Below are positions 10,038 to 19,432 of a stretch of DNA of 64,000 bases, piece after piece. The position numbers and the translations under genes were made by a program. The notes beneath the pieces are model-generated. The model had not been told where the DNA came from. It did not search any database and was given only the letters and a program-made list of their open reading frames with translations. This stretch comes from Clostridia bacterium (GTDB lineage: Bacteria; Bacillota; Clostridia; Oscillospirales; CAG-272), in contig JAGBCA010000004.1 in the NCBI GenBank assembly GCA_017938205.1, positions 434 through 64,433 of the forward strand, read 5' to 3'. Position 1 is the first letter of the stretch, and every line of letters starts with the position of its first letter.

Positions 10038-10997
10038 TTAACCCTTGCGATTTTTATACCAGTTTTTCGCCGCTGTCAGCGTTTTTACGCAACTGTCGTG
10101 CACGTGCATCCAATCGGGATCGATTCGCTCCCAGCTTGTTTGCATCATGCCTAAGAGATGGTCGCCGCTAAGATTTTCAACGCAATATTTCGTCAGACCT
10201 TCGAAGTTATCCACCTTTGACCAAACACTTCCGGTTGGAACCTGATCATAGCCAAGAGCATCCATCTTTTTGAATGCATCCAGACTGCCGCCCCAATAGT
10301 CACCAAGCGCATCACGGTCAAAAATATTGGTATAATACCAGTTACATTGAACGATGGATCTTGGCATCTTTGAGAAAAATGCATCCGGCTGCGACCAGGA
10401 CATATCTGCCCAGATCCATGCACGCGCATCGTTCTTTTCAACGCAATCCACAAGATAATACAGATCATGCCACCAAAGATCCCCCTGACGGATAGCGGCA
10501 AAATACAAACCCTTCTGATTCTGAGCAGTTTCTTCGTCCATACCAAGATGGAAATGCTTAGGCTTAAAGAGGGAACAGACCTCATCGATCAGATCCTTGC
10601 ACACCTGATAATACGTCGGCGTAGAAAGCATACGGGAATAATCCTTGAGCCATATATCATGTGCTGCGGAAAAATTCAATTTAGGAATCAGCTCAAAGCC
10701 CATCCCCTCCAAACGTTTGATCTCCGCGCGCATCATATCATGATCCCATGAATTGCGTACGTTGATCTCGGGATGAGATTCATATTTGAGGGCCTCTGCA
10801 ACATCAATTATCAACGTATCTATACCTGCGGTTCGAAGATCTTCAGTGTGCTTATTCCAGCAATCTCTATCGAAGAGGAAAACAGGGGATGCCTCAGGTG
10901 TAGACCGATGTTCACGTCCCTTAGAATTTCCTTCTTCGCGCCAAAGATTGGAACCAAGATGCAATAGCTCTATCCATCTGAATTTATTGTTTCCCAT
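10038..10997 (-). CDS. GH20-like TIM-barrel glycoside hydrolase domain protein (catalytic domain only)
   Basis: The 319-aa ORF has segments GFELIPKLN and HFHLGMDEE. These are colinear with GIEVVPCIQTLGH and RIHIGMDEA of the two long GH20-like ORFs in this window. Confidence 0.5.
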   Translation of the reverse strand: MGNNKFRWIELLHLGSNLWREEGNSKGREHRSTPEASPVFLFDRDCWNKHTEDLRTAGIDTLIIDVAEALKYESHPEINVRNSWDHDMMRAEIKRLEGMGFELIPKLNFSAAHDIWLKDYSRMLSTPTYYQVCKDLIDEVCSLFKPKHFHLGMDEETAQNQKGLYFAAIRQGDLWWHDLYYLVDCVEKNDARAWIWADMSWSQPDAFFSKMPRSIVQCNWYYTNIFDRDALGDYWGGSLDAFKKMDALGYDQVPTGSVWSKVDNFEGLTKYCVENLSGDHLLGMMQTSWERIDPDWMHVHDSCVKTLTAAKNWYKNRKG

Positions 10998-11162
10998 AAA
11001 AGTCTCCGTTTCTTATATAATGACATTTTCATTGTAACACACATTGTTTTTTTATTCAAGGTGAATTTTCGGATTAACCTTTTTTGGGAATAAAACAACA
11101 TTTTTTGGATAAAAAAAGGCTTTGCAACAAAAACAAAGCCTTTTTTTATAAAGAATAGGGAA

Positions 11163-11582
11163 TTACGCAAGCACGCTAAGAGTTTTCTCGACCCAAGCCT
11201 TAACGGTTGCCATTTCCTCTGCAGAAACATTTTTAAGGAACTTGAAGGGAAGACCTCCGTTGATATAAAGAATATCCTCGATCACGTTCGCATTATTCGT
11301 TTTTGCCATTTCAACAATTTTAGCAGCATTCTCAGGTGTACCGTCAATTATGAAAGCGATATTTGCAGTTACGCTCTTTTTTAAGGAACGCATAAAGCGG
11401 CAAAAGCTATCGGGCATAGAAGGCTTCGCAGAAGCCACGATCACGATCAGTCTTTCACCATCACAGGGATAAGCGGGCATAATAACGTCCGTTGCCTTAT
11501 CAGCCTGGATCAGCTTCGTAACCTCATCTGCAATAGCAAGAAGCTTTCCCTTGCTTGTCTGGGTCAATACACGCATTCTCAT
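11163..11582 (-). CDS. Hypothetical protein (possibly a flavodoxin-like fold)
   Basis: A 139-aa ORF with an RBS (GGAGGA) and an alternating beta/alpha-like pattern. I recognise no diagnostic motif. Confidence 0.45.
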   Translation of the reverse strand: MRMRVLTQTSKGKLLAIADEVTKLIQADKATDVIMPAYPCDGERLIVIVASAKPSMPDSFCRFMRSLKKSVTANIAFIIDGTPENAAKIVEMAKTNNANVIEDILYINGGLPFKFLKNVSAEEMATVKAWVEKTLSVLA

Positions 11583-12000
11583 TTAAAAATCCTCCAAAAA
11601 ATAATAGATAATTCATTTTAACATACCGAGAAGCAAAAAGCAATAGAAATCGCAGAAATTAACGAAAACGACAAAAAAAGCACGCTGAAGAACCATAGGG
11701 GATATTTATTGCAATATATATCCAATTATACAAAAGGCAAATTTTGTATAATTGAGGGAACTATTTTTAAGCTAAATAGGGGTTTTTGATAAGTTTTTCG
11801 GCTGATTTGCGGATTTTTCAATTTTAATAATGGATAATAACAAATTGTCTAAAATAAGAGATAATTACTATGAAGATCATTCTGATTTAAAAACATTTCA
11901 TTCAATGATCGCAAAAAAACAAAAAAGCAAAAAGGGAAGCCAAAATTTGCGTATTCAGGCTTGTAATTTTTGCTTTTTTCATTTATAATGTTTATAGAGA

Positions 12001-12264
12001 CTAAACGATGCTCCGATGACGATTTAAGTATTTTATTCTCGTAGCTTCCCCGCCACGCAAATGACGCTCGGATTTATTTTTATCGAGTATCTCCTTGGCG
12101 CGCTGATACAAAACCGGATTTACGTGCTTCAGCTTTTCCGTTAGATCTTTATGTATCGTGCTTTTGCTTATTCCAAAATGCAATGCGGCGCCACGCACTG
12201 TATCTTCGGTTTCGATCACGTATTCAGCAACGGCCTCGCAACGTTCTTTTCCATACCAATGCAT
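12001..12264 (-). CDS. spoIIID: Sporulation transcriptional regulator SpoIIID
   Basis: The 87-aa product has ...VRGAALHFGISKSTIHKDLTEKL...ERHLRGGEATRIKY, which matches the SpoIIID HTH and C-terminal basic motif. I chose the start at 12264, behind GGGAGG. Confidence 0.88.
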   Translation of the reverse strand: MHWYGKERCEAVAEYVIETEDTVRGAALHFGISKSTIHKDLTEKLKHVNPVLYQRAKEILDKNKSERHLRGGEATRIKYLNRHRSIV

Positions 12265-12318
12265 ATGAAAAACCTCCCGACATTCTCTACTCAAATATAT
12301 GAAAGGCATTCTCAAGAT

Positions 12319-13095
12319 ATGATCAAAGAAGAAACAAAATTCGTTGATTCCTATGTGTTCGAAGGAATGACGTCGATACGTGCAATTCTTAAGGGCATCG
12401 ATACCGGAACTAGCGACCGAACAATAAAAAAAGTGATTTTTGATCAAGAAAAACTTAAAAAAATAGCAAAAGAAATAGGATATCTTAAGGCAGTTTCGAA
12501 AAAATACGGTTTTGAAATAGAGGGAAGCGATAGTGCAACCATCGATTCATATACACTCGGAACATCTCACGGCGGAATTATCGCTTTGTGCTCCGAGCGA
12601 ACAATACCTCCTCTCTCTTCCCTGCCGAACGAAACGGAAAAAAACGGCTTTTTTGTTATGATCCAAGGAATCGAGGACCCTTATAACTTTGGATATTCAT
12701 TGCGCTCTCTTTACGCTTGCGGTTGTACAGGAATCATTCTTCCAAAGCGAAATTGGATGAGCGCAGCCGGCGTTGTAGCGCGCAGCTCTGCCGGTGCATC
12801 GGAGCTCTTCCCTATGTATTCCGCAGAAGCAATCGATGCCGCTCATTTTTTCAAGGATCGCGGATATACGGTTGTATGTGCAGATGAAAACACCGAGAAT
12901 GTGCTCGGAAAATGCACATTGAAACTTCCTTTATTGCTGATCGTTGGCGGTGAGAAGCGCGGCATTTCCTCCGCGCTGATGCAGCTTGCTGACACAATCG
13001 TCAAAATTCCATACGCACGTCACTTCCCCGCTTCCCTTTCTGCCGCATCTGCAACCACGATTCTTGCATACGAGATAGCACGTCAGAATTTCTGA
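12319..13095 (+). CDS. TrmH/SpoU-family RNA 2'-O-methyltransferase
   Basis: SPOUT motifs are present (GIEDPYNFGYSLRSLYACG, LIVGGEKRGIS, IPYARHFPASLSAASATTILAYE). I chose the start at 12319, because the upstream part of the ORF overlaps spoIIID in antisense. Confidence 0.82.
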   Translation: MIKEETKFVDSYVFEGMTSIRAILKGIDTGTSDRTIKKVIFDQEKLKKIAKEIGYLKAVSKKYGFEIEGSDSATIDSYTLGTSHGGIIALCSERTIPPLSSLPNETEKNGFFVMIQGIEDPYNFGYSLRSLYACGCTGIILPKRNWMSAAGVVARSSAGASELFPMYSAEAIDAAHFFKDRGYTVVCADENTENVLGKCTLKLPLLLIVGGEKRGISSALMQLADTIVKIPYARHFPASLSAASATTILAYEIARQNF

Positions 13096-13202
13096 TTTCC
13101 CCCTAAAAAAAGAAGCCGCCCGATCCCATTGTACAAACGCAACTCAAGGTCGGGCGACAACATTAAATCAATAATTATCTGTTTTTTTGACCTTTGCTTT
13201 CA

Positions 13203-14054
13203 TTATCTGTTTCCGCAGCCACAGCCTCCGTTGTTGCGTTGCGGCGTGTTCTGCTCGCAGAATACACCTTCACCTCCGCGGAACTGCGCAACGGGAAAGG
13301 CGATCGTTCTGAAAAGAGCGCACGGATTTTCATCATTCGTTGCGGCAACACATTCCTTTTCGGGAACGCTGTAATCGGAGGCCTGAACAAGGATCTGCGT
13401 CGGACGAACGATACGAATGACAGAAAAAATGCCAAACGAAACGTATACACGCGTACCCGTAGGATTGTTCACCAAGGGTCCATCCAGCTCTATGCTGATC
13501 GAATCGGGGATCTCGGGAATCAAAGTCGGGCACTGCTCGCAGGATGGAGAGCAATCGCACTCTACGCAAGTTCCAAGCACGATCGGCTCAACGGTTTCGA
13601 CGATAGCAACCGGGGCGTTGCTGCTCACGGTATCAACGTCCGCTATGTTGCAAGCGTTGTTTTCGGGAGAGGACGAAAAGGTTGTAACTCTTCCTTCCCC
13701 GCCGAAAAGCACCACGTCCTTTTCAAAAATACTGATTCCTCGGAAGCTCTGCGTACGTCCTGCAAGGCAAGCCTCCAAATCTACCTGAACGTAATAGCGC
13801 ACCGTGATACGGTAAAAGCCGCAGTTAAACGGCACCTCGTCTACGCCTACGAACGCCCACAGAAGCTCAGCGCTACGCGTGCGAACGTTGGTCGCATTTT
13901 GAAGGATCTCTTCCCCGCTTGCCGTGAGATATACGCGCGTATTCTCAAAGCAATCGCGATCACGGCAGCTATCCAGAATCCGATGCGTATCAATGGCAAT
14001 CGTACCTCTGGTGTTACAGGAGAGCGTATTGTTGTTGTTTCTGTTCTCCAGCAT
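13203..14054 (-). CDS. Cysteine-rich hypothetical protein (about 16 Cys, C-terminal GGCGCGNR)
   Basis: A 283-aa ORF with an AGGAGA RBS. The antisense 295-aa ORF is Arg-rich and typical of a shadow frame. I recognise no family. Confidence 0.6.
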   Translation of the reverse strand: MLENRNNNNTLSCNTRGTIAIDTHRILDSCRDRDCFENTRVYLTASGEEILQNATNVRTRSAELLWAFVGVDEVPFNCGFYRITVRYYVQVDLEACLAGRTQSFRGISIFEKDVVLFGGEGRVTTFSSSPENNACNIADVDTVSSNAPVAIVETVEPIVLGTCVECDCSPSCEQCPTLIPEIPDSISIELDGPLVNNPTGTRVYVSFGIFSVIRIVRPTQILVQASDYSVPEKECVAATNDENPCALFRTIAFPVAQFRGGEGVFCEQNTPQRNNGGCGCGNR

Positions 14055-14204
14055 ATAACTTCTCCTAAGCTGTTATTATAGGTTTAAACCACGAAGTCGA
14101 ATATCAACCTCAATACTATTGTATGATAAAATATCAAAAGCGTTATTTCTTGTAATTTCACATTTTCATGATCAATATTTATATTCTTCGCTTTAGGAGG
14201 CTTT

Positions 14205-14984
14205 ATGGGAAAATTTGACGGTATTCTCCTCTGCAGTGATTGGGACGGCACCATCTCCGATGGTGGAGCTTTGCTCCGCGCAAATACGGATGCGATCCGA
14301 TATTTTCAGAGCGAAGGGGGCTACTTCACACTCGCAAGCGGTCGATACGCAGGGCATTTCAAGCAATTCGAGCAGGATATCGTTCCGAACACTCATATTA
14401 TTTGTGTCGGTGGATCATGTATAATGAGCAAAGAAGGCGAAATCCTTTATGAGCAATTTTGCAATGAGCATTTTGAAGAATATGCAAAGCTTCTGCTTCA
14501 AGAGGACTCTCCGTATCAATACGTCCAAGTCACGCTCCGCGGAACCGATCCTGTTCATTTTGACAAAAAATCGATTCTTACAGAGCAAGCACACGCGATT
14601 CTTTCAAGTCCTACAATATATAAAGGAATTTTTCTGACGGAAATGACGGACACGGCTGCCGCCGCAGCACTAAAATATGTTGCTCCGTTAACCTTTGAAG
14701 GTTATATGCCCATGCGCAGTTTTCCCTTCTCTATCGAGCTAATTCCTAAAAACGGAGGAAAAGGCAAGGCAGTTCGTTGGTTAGCTGAAAAAATCGGTGC
14801 CAATCTCGTGGTTGCCGTTGGTGACTACGAAAACGATTGTGATATGCTTCGTATGGCCGATTACGGCTACGCTGTTTCCGGCGGATCACCGCTCGCGAGA
14901 GCGGCCGCAAACCGTTTTGCTTCTTCTGTAAAAGGAGGGGCTGTTGCATCCGTTATTGAAGAGCTTGACCGCGAAATTTCATAA
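14205..14984 (+). CDS. HAD-IIB (Cof-type) phosphatase
   Basis: HAD motif I is DWDGT, GGKGKAV lies toward the C-terminus, and motif IV is GDYENDCDML. Confidence 0.8.
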   Translation: MGKFDGILLCSDWDGTISDGGALLRANTDAIRYFQSEGGYFTLASGRYAGHFKQFEQDIVPNTHIICVGGSCIMSKEGEILYEQFCNEHFEEYAKLLLQEDSPYQYVQVTLRGTDPVHFDKKSILTEQAHAILSSPTIYKGIFLTEMTDTAAAAALKYVAPLTFEGYMPMRSFPFSIELIPKNGGKGKAVRWLAEKIGANLVVAVGDYENDCDMLRMADYGYAVSGGSPLARAAANRFASSVKGGAVASVIEELDREIS

Positions 14985-15026
14985 AAGCACGCCGCGAGCG
15001 CAAAAAGCACTCACGGCGTTTATACT

Positions 15027-15950
15027 TTAATCTATATCCTCAACAACAGTTGTTGGCGGCTCATCAAGAATTTCAGGATGCAAAAGGATCCTCTTCATTC
15101 TTTTCATAGCAGAGGCGTAATAATAACCGTCACAGATTCTCTCATCCGTTACAACCTTGAAGGTAACAAAATGATGTCGCTCCTTTGTTCCGTCCCGCTT
15201 TACCGCATCGGCCGAATAAATGCTTCCGTATGAAAGAAATACAGGAAGTGTACCAAAATCATACAAATGATGGTAAATGGCAGGAATACCAAGTGATCCC
15301 ATCGAGGTAATAAACATGGAACCGTGAAATGGGCTGACACGTAAAAGAAATTTAGGAAGAAGACCGAAATAATCTAAGAAGCGAAGAACGGCAACTGCCC
15401 CACGGAACAAAAGGCCCGGCAGGCATTTCGTCAGAACCCTTGCAACATTATCAAAATCAGAGGGGGCATCCAGAGCCTTTTTTGCAACGGTTTGAAACTT
15501 CTTATACACGTTAAGGGCTGTATCACGCGGATCAAATTCTACCTTAATACACGTATCGGGAGATGCAAGCGTCATCTCCTTTTTTATAACCATATTGCAT
15601 TCGATATTTTTTCTTGCATAGATCTTCTGCCCTGCAATAAAACGATTGATGCCGGGGCGTTCTGAAACCGTACGCACATAGGCCGCCAATATAATGTGAA
15701 GCAGGGTCATGTCCGTATAGCCTTCTTTGCGCTTCTTGTCAATATAAAGCTCCGCGTTATGAATATCTATAACGTCCTCAAAGTGGTTTTGTGCATCGGA
15801 ACGAACCTTCATTATGTAGGGTTCAACATACGACATCGGAGGCAATGTGCGGACTTTGCGCCCCTCCTTTCGATCACCGAGGCGACGACGTCTTTTTTTA
15901 TAAGCGGGTGTATCGTAGGTTACGATATCTTCATGTCTGAAATCTTGCAT
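15027..15950 (-). CDS. Stand-alone 2-oxoacid dehydrogenase E2-type (CAT-like) acyltransferase domain protein, with DERICDG in place of DHRxxDG
   Basis: The 307-aa ORF has a C-terminal TFKVVTDERICDGYYYASAM colinear with the E2 catalytic motif. There is no lipoyl or subunit-binding domain. Confidence 0.6.
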   Translation of the reverse strand: MQDFRHEDIVTYDTPAYKKRRRRLGDRKEGRKVRTLPPMSYVEPYIMKVRSDAQNHFEDVIDIHNAELYIDKKRKEGYTDMTLLHIILAAYVRTVSERPGINRFIAGQKIYARKNIECNMVIKKEMTLASPDTCIKVEFDPRDTALNVYKKFQTVAKKALDAPSDFDNVARVLTKCLPGLLFRGAVAVLRFLDYFGLLPKFLLRVSPFHGSMFITSMGSLGIPAIYHHLYDFGTLPVFLSYGSIYSADAVKRDGTKERHHFVTFKVVTDERICDGYYYASAMKRMKRILLHPEILDEPPTTVVEDID

Positions 15951-16119
15951 TGGATTTCCTCACAATCCGGATTAAATTTTAAAATCGATCCATAGCGACA
16001 TTTTATCACAAAACAGTACAAATGTCAAGTTTTTTCTTAACCACGGGGAAAATGGCTCCAAGAAAAAACGGTCGGGCAAAAAATCCCAACCGTCTTTTCT
16101 TCATATTAACAGAAAGAGA

Positions 16120-16521
16120 TTATGCGTATGCCTTGATCGCGTCGGGGCAATCCTCAACCGCGATAGAAGCAGTCATAACAAGGTTTACGTCCTTCGTGAT
16201 ATTCTCAAGCTTTTTGAGCATTACCTCAAAGCCTGCCACGTCATCGCCGCATATCTTCAAGGAGGAATCGATAAACAGATCGGTGATATCACTGTTGGAT
16301 GCCAGAATACCGGAAATAAATCCATAAAGCGAAACGGCGTCAACAATACCGTATGCATCGGTATCAATGAGTCTTGCCTTGTATGTAATGTCGAGCTTCA
16401 GCTTATCTCCTTTTTCGACACAAACAACAGAGCCATTAGAGGTAGCAACCGCGTTATTGACAAGCTCGATGAGGGTCTTGGTTTTTCCGCTTCCCTTTGC
16501 TCCGATAAATAATTTAATCAT
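16120..16521 (-). CDS. Small P-loop NTPase-like protein, function unknown
   Basis: The 133-aa ORF has a Walker A motif GAKGSGKT at residues 7-14 and a possible Walker B motif DLFIDSS. Confidence 0.55.
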   Translation of the reverse strand: MIKLFIGAKGSGKTKTLIELVNNAVATSNGSVVCVEKGDKLKLDITYKARLIDTDAYGIVDAVSLYGFISGILASNSDITDLFIDSSLKICGDDVAGFEVMLKKLENITKDVNLVMTASIAVEDCPDAIKAYA

Positions 16522-16673
16522 AGTTCAAGTCCTCCTGAATTTTAAAATGCCGACCGTATGGTCTTCGTATATATATTCTATATCAAATAAAGAAAAATTG
16601 CAAGTGTTTTTTTCAAAAAAACAAGCATTTTTAGCAAGTTTTTTTACAGTTTTCACAATTTTCACAAAAAAGA

Positions 16674-18017
16674 TCAGATTTTTTTGATACCTTTCTCCAA
16701 AACCTTCGCAAGCTCTTCATATCCGGGCTTGCCGAGAAGTGCAAACATATTCTTTTTATATGCTTCAACGCCGGGCTGGTCAAAAGGATTAACGCCAAGA
16801 ATGTATCCGGAAACGGCGCAAGCAAGCTCAAAGAAATAAACGAGATAGCCAAAGGATGCAGCCGTTCTGTCCTCAAGCTCGATCACAATATTCGGAACAC
16901 CGCCGTCGTTGTGTGCCAAAAGGGTTGCAAGCATTGCGGTTTTATTCACATAATCGAGAGTTTTACCTGCAATGAAATTCAGACCGTCTACGTTTGCTTC
17001 GTCCTCGCAGATGGTGTAATTTCCGCCGCAATCCTTGACAGTCAAAACCGTTTCGAAAAGATTTCTTTGCCCCTCTTGGATATACTGACCGAGAGAATGC
17101 AGGTCGGTGGAAAAAATAACCGAATCAGGCAAGATGCCCTTATTATCCTTTCCTTCGCTCTCGCCATACAGCTGCTTCCACCACTCGTTCAGCATCAAAA
17201 GGAAGGGCTCATAGCCTACTAAGATCTCAACGCACTTCCCTTTTCTTGAAAGCGCGTTTCTGAGAACGGCATATTTCAGCGCTGCGTTTTCTTCAATAGA
17301 TTCGGAAGAAAGCTCGCGCATAGCTTCTGCCGCCCCCTGCATCATGGAATCAATATCAATGCCCGCAACTGCAATGGGAAGCAAGCCCACAGCCGTAAGA
17401 ACAGAATATCTTCCTCCAACGTCATCCGGAACAACGAAGGTTTCATACCCCGCCTCATCCGAAAAATGCTTCAGCGTTCCGCGTGCTTTATCCGTGGTAA
17501 CGAAAATACGCTCTCTTGCACCTTCCACGCCGTATTTTTCAACCAGCAGCTTTTTAAATACACGAAAAGCAATGGCGGGCTCGGTCGTGGTTCCGGATTT
17601 GGAGATCACGTTGATGCAAATATCCTTGCCTTCGCAAATGGAGAGGAGATCGTTCAAGGCGGTTGCGGAAATCGTATTACCGGCAAAGTAAATATCGGGC
17701 GTATCCTTTTTCAGATTGTTATAGAGCGGGCTCTTGATAAATTCGATTGCGGCTCTTGCGCCGAGATACGAGCCACCGATTCCAATAACAATAAAAATAT
17801 CACAATTGCTTTTAATTTTTTCTGCCGCGATTTTTATTCTTGAAAATTCATTTTTGTCATAATCTGCAGGAAGTGTTGACCAACCAAGAAAATCATTTCC
17901 TGCTCCTGTTTTTTCTTTTACTGCGCGAAGCGCAAGTGCGGCGGCCGCAGAAAGTCCCGCACACTCATTCTCATTTACAAACCCTTTGACAAAGGTATCA
18001 GACACATGAAGCTTCAT
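16674..18017 (-). CDS. pgi: Glucose-6-phosphate isomerase
   Basis: The 447-aa ORF has Firmicute-type PGI motifs ([34 protein letters not shown]). Confidence 0.93.
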   Translation of the reverse strand: MKLHVSDTFVKGFVNENECAGLSAAAALALRAVKEKTGAGNDFLGWSTLPADYDKNEFSRIKIAAEKIKSNCDIFIVIGIGGSYLGARAAIEFIKSPLYNNLKKDTPDIYFAGNTISATALNDLLSICEGKDICINVISKSGTTTEPAIAFRVFKKLLVEKYGVEGARERIFVTTDKARGTLKHFSDEAGYETFVVPDDVGGRYSVLTAVGLLPIAVAGIDIDSMMQGAAEAMRELSSESIEENAALKYAVLRNALSRKGKCVEILVGYEPFLLMLNEWWKQLYGESEGKDNKGILPDSVIFSTDLHSLGQYIQEGQRNLFETVLTVKDCGGNYTICEDEANVDGLNFIAGKTLDYVNKTAMLATLLAHNDGGVPNIVIELEDRTAASFGYLVYFFELACAVSGYILGVNPFDQPGVEAYKKNMFALLGKPGYEELAKVLEKGIKKI

Positions 18018-18102
18018 TTTTATCTCCTAAATGTTTTTGTTATTTATTATACACCATACGCGTTTGTTTTTCAATATCTTTTTGATTTTTTTGTGTAGTT
18101 TT

Positions 18103-19266
18103 TTATCTAAGATCCGCACGTGCTCCCATAATAAAATTCATTACCATACGAATAAAGACATTGAGATAGGATATTTTATTTACGTCCTCACAAACAACGA
18201 TGTCGCTTTCGCCGATCCGCTCTCCATCCAGTTCGTAATAGATTTTTCCGACAGCATCTCCTGCATTCAGCGGCGCCCGTAGTGTCTTCGGAATTTCATA
18301 CACGCACTCCACTGCGCTCCCGCTTTTTTTGATCACGGCAGAAAACGGAGTGTTTTCTACCCATACTGAGGTTTTGACCCCGCGCAAAACAGGTACGGCC
18401 TCCAAAGTCTCGCGCTCTTTACTATAAATTCCGTAATGTGCAAATCCATAGTCTAGCAACCCGGTTGCAATGGAATTTCGTGAATCACGACTCTGTGCCC
18501 CCATAATTACACAAATGAGAGAAAGCCCGTCGCGCTCTGCCGTTACACTGATACAATACCCTGCTTTGTCTGTTGAACCCGTTTTCAAGCCCGTGCAGCC
18601 TTTATAAAACCGTACGAGTCGATTCGTATTCGTAAGAGTAAAAGCACCGTCTCTGATGGAATCCTGCCACAAACGGCTGTATTCTGTGATTTTTGGATGC
18701 TTGATCAGTTCTCTCGACATGATTGCAATATCCTTTGCGCTCGTGAGATGGGCCGTTGTAGTATCATCAAGACCTGTTGTGTTCTCAAACTTCGTCGACG
18801 CGAGCCCCAATTCTTTTGCGCGCTCGTTCATTTTTGCAACAAAGAGCTTTTCAGTACCACAGGCATGCTCCGCTAAAGCGACGGCCGCATCATTCGCACT
18901 CGCGATCACGCAGCATTTCAAAAGCTCCTCTACGGTAAACTCCTCGCCCTCCTTCATAAAGACCTGGCTACCGCCCATGCCGGCGGCGTTGGCACTGATC
19001 CTGACAATGTCCGTTAAAGCGATTTGTCCGGCCTCAATAGCCTCCATGACGAGTAAAAGCGTCATTACCTTCGTGACAGAAGCAGGAGAGAGTGCTTCAC
19101 TCTCGTTTTGTGAAAACAAGACGGTTCCTGTCGTTGCCTCCATCAAAACGGCGCTCTTCGCCTCTACGGAATACGGATCCGTTTCCTCTGTTGCAAATCC
19201 CCTCACCGGGGTCATGGCACAAATCATAACGCTAGCTATCATTAAGATCAAAAAGATTCGCTTCAT
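18103..19266 (-). CDS. D-alanyl-D-alanine carboxypeptidase (S11, PBP5 family; dacB/dacF-like)
   Basis: It has a signal peptide and the motifs SVTK (SxxK), SANDA (SxN) and KTGST (KTG). I chose the start at 19266, behind AGGAGA. Confidence 0.88.
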   Translation of the reverse strand: MKRIFLILMIASVMICAMTPVRGFATEETDPYSVEAKSAVLMEATTGTVLFSQNESEALSPASVTKVMTLLLVMEAIEAGQIALTDIVRISANAAGMGGSQVFMKEGEEFTVEELLKCCVIASANDAAVALAEHACGTEKLFVAKMNERAKELGLASTKFENTTGLDDTTTAHLTSAKDIAIMSRELIKHPKITEYSRLWQDSIRDGAFTLTNTNRLVRFYKGCTGLKTGSTDKAGYCISVTAERDGLSLICVIMGAQSRDSRNSIATGLLDYGFAHYGIYSKERETLEAVPVLRGVKTSVWVENTPFSAVIKKSGSAVECVYEIPKTLRAPLNAGDAVGKIYYELDGERIGESDIVVCEDVNKISYLNVFIRMVMNFIMGARADLR

Positions 19267-19432
19267 ATATTTTCTCCTTGTGTTTTTTCTATACATTTTA
19301 TACGCGCACTTTAGAAGAATATGACTATAAAGAAAAATTTAGAGGGAAATTGTAAAGTTTTTGCTTTTTCTTGTAAATGAAAAAAAAATATGCTATACTT
19401 ATGTTTGTATACATTTTTTAAGGAGTTTTGCT

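Noticed and set aside
12151-12318. The N-terminal 56 codons of the long TrmH-family ORF
   Set aside because: This part overlaps spoIIID in antisense and shows no similarity to methyltransferases. The ATG at 12319 gives a normal-length SPOUT protein.
13194-14081. A 295-aa plus-strand ORF overlapping the cysteine-rich gene
   Set aside because: It has an Arg-rich antisense-type composition and no RBS. The minus-strand frame has an AGGAGA RBS and a more protein-like sequence. Neither frame has a family match, so this rejection is less certain.
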